A DNA stretch of 64,000 nt from Nemertoderma westbladi (lineage: Eukaryota; Animalia; Xenacoelomorpha): contig JAUCBJ010000688.1 of the NCBI GenBank assembly GCA_032718475.1, positions 50,572 to 114,571 of the forward strand, read 5' to 3'. How positions within the stretch are numbered: the stretch's first letter is position 1; each line of letters begins with the position of its first letter. Positions 50,587-60,400 of the stretch are shown piece by piece. A program made the position numbers and the translations under genes. Under the pieces are notes generated by a model, which had not been told where the DNA came from, did no database searches, and worked only from the letters and a program-made list of their open reading frames with translations.

Positions 50587-52214
50587 ATTGTAGAGCTCTA
50601 GAACAAAATATTAATATAATACACTATTCTAGAACATAAATAAAATAAAAAATATAATGTTCTAGAAGATATAGCTAGTTATTTTTCAAATTTAGAATTG
50701 CTAGTAATTAACAAAAAATTCAAAAAATTTTAGAGGTGCGAAATGTACAAGTCAAATTAAGGCAATTAAAAGAGGTACCGGTACTGGTGCAGTATGCGTA
50801 CACCAACACCCCCCACCAAATTTTTTGTACTTATTAGTTTTTGAAACAATTTCTTTTTTTGTACTGTTCTAGAACTTGTTAGCTATTTGTTTATAAAAAT
50901 AATAGGGTTCTAGAACAAATATTTTTTCTGGAACATTGTAAAAGCTTTTGTGGGATAACTGATTCGTTTGCCTTGTTGGCCAGTTCCCCCCCCGGTCGCT
51001 AGAATACTCTAAAGGGGATCTATAGTTAAAATAGTGCAAGCTACCAGCTTATTGGCTGATTTGCTGTACGCAGGTATCTGGGCTCTGTTTAATCGGCCAA
51101 CCAGCCTAGGGAGGTTGCGTCATAGCCTTGTTTTTGTATCTCCCAATAGAATTTGAGTTAGCCTTGATTTTGACCTATCACAGAGCTACTGAACTGAAAT
51201 TTTCCTATCTCACTGCTCTTTCTCTGTGTTGAACGGGAACTTCGTGGAATAAGGGTAGTTGGTATCCTCGTATAGAGTAGTAGTCACGAGTTTTTCAAAG
51301 CCACGAAAGAACGGCTTTTTAGTGTTTTGTGCTTTCTGCTTTTTAGCTCAACATTAGTAGGTTTAATTATAAGGACATATATCCTTTAACTGGCGGCTGC
51401 AATTTCGTAATCACTGCAAACTGCTGACATACCGACCAAACTCTGTGAATATCACTCTGCTGAAACATTGCAAACTCATAACAATCAGTGTTCAGTTGTT
51501 GTTTTATACTGCTATTTACTGTCAGTTCTTCATAATATGGTTGATGAATAATTATATTTGGAATAACGATAAATAACCCCGAAACCCAATATTCTTGATA
51601 TACCGAAGGTAAGAGAGAAAGGTTACAGATAAACGATTGTGACTTATGTTAAAGTGGTTTGAAGTGAATCTAATGTTATTTGATAGACCCTACATGAGTC
51701 AGTCTGTGTTCCTTTTATATGTGACTAAAATCAGTGAAGATTGGCAGATTAGTGTGCAGTATTGTGCAGCATTGTGTACGAGTGAGTCTGTTAAAGAAGC
51801 ATTTCCTAAAGAATGCGCCATATATGTGAATTATAATTAAGCCATATCGTTGTGAGTAGTTTAAGTCATAACTCTGTTTATATAAATAAAGCGCCACGTC
51901 CTAAAGGAACTGTTAATATTCCCGAAGGTGAATAATATTGTCAGAGATTATAATACTGTCAGTCGAATAATACATTAGGCTTACATAGCAATAAAATTAA
52001 ACCGTCGAACCCAATCTCCCGGGAATATCCAGCGGGTGAATGGTCGCGCACAGATTGGTTTCGACTAGTGTAGTGAATCAAATACTTGTCATAGGCTAAA
52101 AAGCGATTTAATATCTAGAAGACATCTTAATTTGGCGGGTTAAACTGCCAAAGGTCTGAAAGCGCGAACATTAAAGGATATAGCTTCTTTATTGCAGTAA
52201 GCAATAAAGTTGAA

Positions 52215-52370
52215 AGTACCGGTCAACCGGTAAACCTGAACCGGTACATCTGTAGGTCAGTAGGCCCAACTGCCAGAACCGGTACTGCCGTAGGTCCGTA
52301 GGTCCAACTGCCAGAACCGGTACTTCTGTAGGTCCGTAGGCCTAGCTGTCCTAACCGGTACTTCCGTATA
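52215..52370. repeat. ~38-bp degenerate repeats with ACCGGT cores in the retrotransposon leader
   Basis: AACCGGTAC..(C/T)GTAGGTCCGTAGG.CCAACTGCCAG units, about 4 copies. Confidence 0.8.
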
Positions 52371-52541
52371 AGTACACTAGTATTATTCGATTTGATTGTT
52401 GTATACCGGTAGGCTGTTAAGGGATTAGGGATTGATCACCCCTTATTCCTTTATATGGTTTACTTATCTCTGTCAAGTTTTATTTATTTGTAGGCCAGTA
52501 TTGAACAGAAGGCGTGTAAACCTGATCAGATTGTACAGACG

Positions 52542-53110
52542 ATTTGTAGGCTGAGCTGTTGTCTGATTGCTGTTAAGTCTGAACGGATTGCAGTGTGTGT
52601 AGATCACCTGTCCGATTAAGTACGGTTAGGAAGTAGGGGCAGCGAATGCTGTAAGGTAAACCCCCAACTAAAGAATAAGTCGTACTACTGGGTTAGAACG
52701 CATACTCCCTAATCATTTCGGAGTCTGCATGTCCTGTAGTTTATTTAGGCTTGAGAGTAGTCTGCCATCGTTGAGTCTGTACTTTGTTTGTGTAAGTCTG
52801 TACGGGTAGCGTATAATTTTATTTAGATAATTTGTAGGCTGGATAGTTGTCTGGCTGTTATTAGGTCTGAGCGGATTGCAGCGTGTGTAGATCACTTGTC
52901 CGATAAAGAACGGTTAGGAAGTAGGGGCAGCGAATGCTGTAAGGTAAACCCCCAATTAAAGAATAAGTCGTACTACTGGGTTAGAACGCATACTACCTAA
53001 TTATTTCGGAGTCTGCATATACCGTAGTTTGTTTAGGCTTGATAGTAGTCTGTCAGTGTTCGGTCTGCATTTTGTTTGAGTAGTTTGTACGCGTAGCGTA
53101 ATATTTATTA
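52542..53110. repeat. 288-bp tandem duplication in the retrotransposon leader
   Basis: TTTGTAGGCTG starts at 52543 and 52831. The copies align throughout, with a near-identical core. Confidence 0.92.
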
Positions 53111-54044
53111 TTCAGAGTTTATGCGATTATTCGCAACATTCATTCCCCAAGTTTGTTCCTACAGTAATTGTGTTTGTTATACATACCGCTATAGTTAAAT
53201 TAACCCCGGTACTACACGGGCTGCTTGGCGTAGGTAAAGACTGGTGATTTTGTGCATCGGTCACTCCAGCAGATGCCGTGGTTCTTTTAGCTGTTCAAGT
53301 ATATTTAACTACTGATTATCTGTTGTACAAGTACTCGTACCTAATTTAGGGTTTAGTGTACAGTACTTTCCGAAGTAATTAGTGTAGACATTATATTTGT
53401 GTTGTAAAGTGGTTGATAGGCACGTTTGATTAGCTCTATTAACTTCTAGGTAGGAACACTCCGTGATACATAACATAGAACCTATAGCGATACAGCTATA
53501 GGTCGTCAGGCGGTGGTATTTTTCTATCTGGACAATGCAGTGTATTTACTACTACTTATTATTTCAAATACCGTAGTACCCTGTCCGTTGTAATAACCAG
53601 AATTCTAACCCTTTGTTAGGCTGGTTTGTAGACTTCTTGTAAAATTACCCTGAAATTCGTATTTGTGTTTTTTGTAAATTTTTGTGTTTATTTAGAGATT
53701 GTAATCTCACCCGAATTGTACGTAATTTGTAGTATTAAGTAACTTAGGTAAATTAGAATCATTTGTTTTAGTGTCCTGTACGTAACACTTCACTGAAAGC
53801 GCACCGCTTTGTGTAGTGATTACCCCAGAAATAATAACATTTATTTCAAACATTGACTAAACCCATTAAAACGGGTATATATATATTATAAATCAAATCT
53901 AACGATTTATAAATAGTAGGCCTACCATATAACAATTAGGTCTCAATATCAGTTGGACTACTGCTTAAATAACGGTAATAAAGTAAGTTAAAGTAACCAA
54001 GTAACCCTTAAAGTTCAGAAATTCAATTATTCTAAAATAATTGA

Positions 54045-54330
54045 TATACCGGTATTCCCGATAGGCCTATTATAATATTTATATTTGTGCTGAAAGCATA
54101 CCGGTATTCTGTAATTAATTCAGTTAATAACTATACTTATATATACACTACAAACTGTCAGCTGTACCGGTATTCCCGATAGGCCTATTATATATTTATA
54201 TATATTTGTGCTAAAATTATACCGGTATTCGGTGATAAACCTAGTCTGTAATAATAGTTATATATACTATAAGCATACCGGTATTCTAATATATTATATA
54301 TCACGCTACACTGAGTAGCAGTACCGGTAA
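54045..54330. repeat. TACCGGTA-anchored repeats directly upstream of the BEL ORF
   Basis: Six TACCGGTA palindromes at ~50-65 bp spacing. TACCGGTATTCCCGATAGGCCTATTATA occurs twice, 118 bp apart. Confidence 0.85.
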
Positions 54331-54417
54331 TTAATTACTAGGCTAGCAGTTAATACTGAGTTACTAGACTTGCTCAGACTGTAATACAGCAGTAGACATT
54401 CAACGGTATACATAGTC

Positions 54418-57400
54418 ATGTCTGATACTAAGCAGAACCTGTCAGACAGTTTATTAGATGTAACTATCTGCGACTCAGATAGAGACGTACAACCGTCTGG
54501 TCGTAAGTTCAGTTCACCTCCCACTGTGAGGAAGGTCATCCCTCCAGTAGTAATAACAGAACCTAGGCTAGTCCAACATCGTAGGTCTATCATAGGCACT
54601 CGAGCTCAGGTCAAACGGGACCAAGAAGCAGCGGAACAGCAACAACCCGCGAGTCAAGAACTTATTCCTCAGCGGCCCAGTAGCTCCAGTAGTGAGGATA
54701 CTGTAGAGCTGACACCCGAGCGCGGAGCAGAGATGACGGATGCGGTTTATACGGATCCCCTTCTCATCCTTCCTGCAGCCGTACTCACTAGGTTATTGAT
54801 CGCGGTGGAAGAACACCAGATCGATTGGGCGAGAAGTCAACGGACAACTAGAGATAGTTACGCGGGATACACGAGTGAAGAACTGAAGTCTATTGTCGAG
54901 TCGCAATGGAACTTCCCCGGACCCGGACTCCCGTTTGATTTATCAGAAGCTGCCTGGGAAGACATACACCGGATGGGAGTAGCCAAGGAAACCATCGATC
55001 CAGCTGTATGGAAGAGGTCCGCAGCCGGATACGCACAGGGATTCTTCAGCTCTATGGAGCGAGTAAAAGAACAACTGTTTCAACAACCTCAAGGACCTCA
55101 AGAGCAGGGATCGCTGCTTTATCAAGTTAGGGAAAGAATTCTACGAATCAGGCTAATCTTATCGGCCTTTGAGGAGGCTTCTAAAAGAAGACAAGACACG
55201 TCGTTGCAAGTTGCCGTAAAGACTTGGTTTCAACGGGTGAGTCGCCAGGTTCAAGGAGCAGCTCAGTGGAAAGCTCAGTTGGAGGAGCGCTCAACCCATG
55301 GAGAATCGACGGACGCTACTTTTTCCCAAGTGGAAAGTGAAGCGACGGCAGAGAAACCGCATAAGAAGGATGCCATTGATATCTATCTGTCAGACTATCA
55401 GCGTTTTTTGGGAGATGAAGAGTTGAGGAGAAGGCTAGAGGGACTTAGCCCTAATAGCGAAGGAGCCAAACTTGTGTTAGATGCGATTGATGTGGATAGG
55501 TTAGCGGCGAACCAAGCTAAATTCGATGAACAACTCCGCATCGCTAGAGAAAAAGAAGAACAAGTAAAGAAAAAGCGTATAGAAGACAGAAAGAAAGCAG
55601 CAGTGGTAGCTGCAGAAGCAGAAAGAAAGACGGCAGCGGCCAAGGCAAAAGCGGCAGCGGCCAAGGCAAAAGCGGCAGAGGCAGCGGCAGAGGCAAAAGC
55701 GGCAGAGGCAGAGGCAGAGGCAGCGGCAGAGGCAAAAGTGGCAGAAGCAGAACGGAAAGCGGCTGAAGAAACCACCCAATTAGAATTGGAAAACATTCAG
55801 GAGAATCAAGACTGCATAAATAAACAGTTAACAGCTAGTAATATGCAGATGATGAATCGATCTACTCCCAAAAGACAGGGATATACATCATCTGAGGAAG
55901 GCGATACCACCGATACTGAAGGCAAAGGAAATAGATCTCGTCTAAGCAGACGTAAAAGAACATTCCACCGTCAGAAATTGCCTGATTTGCCTCCAGCTGT
56001 TAGAAGGCAACTAAATAACACCAACCTAGGTAGTACAGAGCCCACAGACCAAACAATTAAAATAGAAAGACTCCCTACTATAGTAGATGAGCCTGAAATA
56101 ATTAGGCCTGTTCTTGAAATCACCCCTTCGGTGATAGACACACCTGTGCTCCCTGAAACTACCTCTAAATTCCCTCTGCATAGCACTAAGCTACCTGTGC
56201 CCCGTAGAACTGCCCAGGGGACAGTTCAGGTCCTAGACCCCGAGCGAAATATTCATAATTTGTCGCCCGTTGTCCCTCGTCCGCCCGCTACAACGTTGGC
56301 GACTCCCGCTTCGGCGGTCGAATGGGTGGACGAGAGACGGCGGGGGATGGATATCCTGCTCGGGCAGATGCAGGAAACTGTCCAGCAATTCAAGGGCACA
56401 GTAAGGGAAAGTAGACTAGAGTTGCAAGAAGTGCAGCAAAGTATCGCGCTAGAGCGCGATAAATTAGTAAATACTCAAAGAGGTATACCACCACCCTCTG
56501 TAACAATGTGTCAACCTGTTAGGTCTGAAGTATCGCATGCGCAAGGTGTGGAACCTACACGCATATATACTGCTAGCGAAGTAGAAACTCCTATAGTGAA
56601 CCCTATTAAGGGTAATTATAGACCTGTTGATAATGACATTCCCTATAGAACTGATCATAATCCGAGAAATTTATATACCGATAACTCGATATTAAATAAC
56701 ACGATGGCCCAAGAAAGTTTTACGCGCCAAATGGCTAGAACCGAAGCCCGGCAAGCGGTAAAGGTGGGAGAGATCGTCAAGTTCAATGGAGATGAGATGA
56801 AATGGTTACCTTTTAATGAATATTACAAAGATAACATACAGAACTCTGTACTATCTAATGGAGAAAAACTTAGATACCTCATCGAGTGCTTGGAAGGATC
56901 TCCCAAGTTAATGGCGTTAAAGTTTATTGGACATCCAGACGGATTAAGACAAGTTTGGGATACACTAAACATCAGGTATGGTAATAGGAATAATATCGCT
57001 GGGTACTTATATGCAAAGTTAGTAGCGCCCCGAAAGTTTATTAGTAGTGGAATTATCGAATTTTCCGATGAGATCCAGGAGATCTGCAGACAATTAGATT
57101 GGCTAGGTAAGTCTCATGAGTATCAGAACACTATGGTTATTAGAGCAGTGGCTTCTACTTTACCGAAAGGTGGAGTAGGTACACGCTGGGATAATAAAGT
57201 GTTATATATGATGGAACAGCAACGACGAGACCCTACCATGGCTGATCTCATGTCATTCCTCGATGGAGAAGTGAAATTACAGCTCCTGAAACTGTCCAGA
57301 GAGAAGACACCGGAAAACAAGGTAAGTGAAAAACCCGTCTCTAGGAGAAAGGTAACACCAGTATGTTATACCGATGACGGCGAAAGCCAGACTTCTCAAG

Positions 57401-60400
57401 GAGAAGATAGCGGGAAAGACACTGATAGATCTTATTATGTCAATAAAATGCCTAAAGATCAGGTAAGTAAATTCAAGTCTCGAACAAATGATAGGAGGGA
57501 ACAGGTAAGAAAAACTCCTCCCACGTCTCCCAAGATAATTCAGGTGAGAAAACCCGAAGAAAAGGCAAGTGTACACAATGTGACTCAAAATAAGGTAAGT
57601 AACATCAAACCGAAATGTGCGCTGTGCGACGGGACCCACCATTTGAATAGGTGTGATGAATTTCTAAAGAAATCATTAACAGAGAGACGCGAAGTCATGT
57701 GGGATAAGCGGTTATGTTATAATTGCCTCAGACAAGGACACCAACGGCGAACCTGTTTCTCTGACATAAGGTGTGCAAAGTGTGGTGCGAAACATCATAT
57801 CTTGTTGCACGCTGAATTCGATCGAAATAGTCCGAATCAGGTAAGTGATTCCGAGCTACATGTCCAATTCAGTGATGTGAACGACACTGATCAATCTGAG
57901 ATGGAAGGATTCTATACAGACGAGTTCTCCGACGAAAACGAATCCTGTTACATGATAAATACCGCAGTGTATCGAGCACTCACATATGAAAAAGATACAG
58001 ACAACGACTTTACTCTAACTACTTCTGAGCGACAACCATCTTGGAAAGAGCCATCTTCCAATGTAGGGATCCGAGAGTTTCCTGTGGTGCAAGTAAGGGT
58101 TCACGGACCTGAGAGGAGTTATGTAGTGAACGCCCTCCTTGACTCCGGTAGTACAGGAACATTCATCGACAAAGAGCTAGCCGAAGATATATTTGCTGGA
58201 CAACCCAAGTTCCAAACTAAGCTCAACATGTCAGGCATTATGCAAGTTTGGAAATCTACAATAACAGCTGATTATTATGTAGGAGCGTTGTCCACCCCCC
58301 AGGACAAACTAGGAGAACACAGCATAAGGTCAGTGAAAATGGTGGCTATAAAGAACTTCGCTACTACTCAAGCAGACCTTTATAATTGGGACGAGGATGA
58401 GAGCATCCAACATCTTAACATACCTCGATTCCAGACTGATTATCCTGGAGTGCAAATACTCATCGGCCAAAACGCGCATGAGGCGCTGGAGACGTTAGAG
58501 AAACGGCCTGCTCAACCGCAGCCCCTACAGACCTATGCGGTAAGAACTAGAGTAGGTTGGTACTTTACTGGCCCTTCCCGTAGAACACTCAGAGAAAGAC
58601 TACCGCCAGAGAGCGTATGCCAGGTGAGTGAATGGGAAGATGATACCAGTGAGGGAGACAACTCAACTGAGGGAATTCCATACTCCTCAGATAATGACGA
58701 CGTTCACCAGCTTTTTGATGAGGAGAATACCATCGATCTCCTTAAGGAAAACGAGGCTTGGCAAAACCAAGTGAACTTATGTCAACTTCTCTATCCATCT
58801 GAACGAGAAGCTTACAACGACGAGTTAAATGACGTCATTGAGCGTTGCAATGCCAAGACTCGAGATGAACATGCAGTGCGATTCTTTACGCAAGAGGCGG
58901 TAGAGCCCAATTCCTACGATAAAGCCTTGTCGGTGGAAGAGGAAAGGGCCAAGCAGATCCAAGAGACAACTACACGTTTCCTCAAAGATCAAGGAAGGTA
59001 CGAAGTCGGTTTACCTTTTCGCAAGAGAGAACCGAAGTTCATTAATAACAGACCTTTGGCGGAAAAAAGAATCGCGCAACTCCATCGACGCCTTACGGCT
59101 AATTCTTCAGCTAAAGCAATGTATCAAACACAGCTGGAAAAATTTATTAATAAGGGATACGCGGAGAGAGTACCGGAAGAAACACCTGTGACTGAAAGAA
59201 CGTATTACTTAACTCACCATTACGTTCCTAAACCCGGTAAACCACACGAAGTGAGAGTAGTGTTTGATGGCTCCGCTCTTTACATGGGTCAATCCCTTAA
59301 CTCTGAATTGCTACCCGGACCCAACTTGCTTCAATCTTTGTTGGGAATTATTTTAAGATTGAGACAATATTCGATTGCTTTCGCCTCCGATATAGAAGGC
59401 ATGTTCTTACAAGTCAAGGTGTTAGATAGGGATCGAGATAGTCTACGATTTCTGTGGTGGCCCGAAGGAGATCTCAACCAGAAACCGGTGGAGTACTGGA
59501 TGACCATCCAGGCCTTTGGGATAATCTCAAGCCCTTCCAACGCCTGTTCGGTAGTGCGTACTACTGCAGAGGACAACCGAGAGGCATTCTCTAAGGAAGT
59601 GATCGACAACATCAAGAGAGACATATACATGGACGACAATCTGAAGTCCCTTCCATCAGTTGAGGAAGCCATTGAGGTCGCTAAAGGAACGGTAGAGTGC
59701 TTAAAAAGAGGTGGTTTTCGATTAACAAAATTCACCAGCAACTCCTGTGAGTTTCTGGAGTCGATCCCTGTGGAAGATCGAGGAGCGAAAGATCTCGATT
59801 TGATCAAAGATGATCTGCCAGAGACCAAGACACTCGGCTTGAAATGGGACACAGAGCGAGATATCCTGTTTTTCCAGCTAAAACAGCGAGATAATCCAGT
59901 TCGAACCAAACGGATTTGCTTAAGTATACTGAGCACTTATTTCGATCCATTGGGATTTATTAGCCCAGTTATATTGATTGCTCGTAGTTTGGTACAACAA
60001 ATGTGGCTTGAAAACCACTCATGGGACGATCCACTTAAGGGGGAATTACTGAAGCAGTGGATGAAATGGGAAGATTCTCTGCCAGCCATCGAGGATTTTA
60101 TAATTTCCCGTTCATATTTTGGTCATGTTCTCCCTACGTATTCCTATCAACTCCATGTGTTTGGAGACGCCAGCGATATGGGAATCGGTATAGTAGCCTA
60201 CCTAAGAGTGGAAACTCCGGATGGAATCAAAGTCGCCTTGGTTACTTCTAAGGCATTAATCAACAACAAGTTGAAAGTTCCTCGAGCGGAGTTAAAAGCG
60301 GCTCTATACGCTACAGCCATCGGCCGGAATGTAACCGAACAGATTGACTATCCATTAGAGAAGACTGTCTATTGGACCGACGCTTTACTCGTGTTAGAGT

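Noticed and set aside
48690-50936. Pack-MULE capture of the actin-like gene
   Set aside because: MITE fragments flank the gene, but I found no correctly oriented TIR pair or shared TSD bracketing it.
47988-50936. TTCTAGAA motifs as heat-shock elements
   Set aside because: Only two-unit inverted nGAAn pairs, no three-unit arrays seen, and they are part of the MITE consensus.
52041-52066. Partial complementarity to the initiator tRNA-Met 3' end as PBS
   Set aside because: The match is imperfect, gapped next to the TGG, and not preceded by an LTR-like CA end.
52580-52945. HDV-like ribozyme suggested by GCGAAT followed by a strand able to pair with upstream TTGCAG
   Set aside because: The candidate L3 loop (UGUAGAU) lacks the required pyrimidine-rich pattern, P1 is short and offset, and there is no GG for P1.1.
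55398-55796. Antisense Ala/Ser, Cys-rich and Pro/Leu ORFs
   Set aside because: Shadow frames of the repetitive Ala/Lys/Glu tract of the BEL polyprotein.
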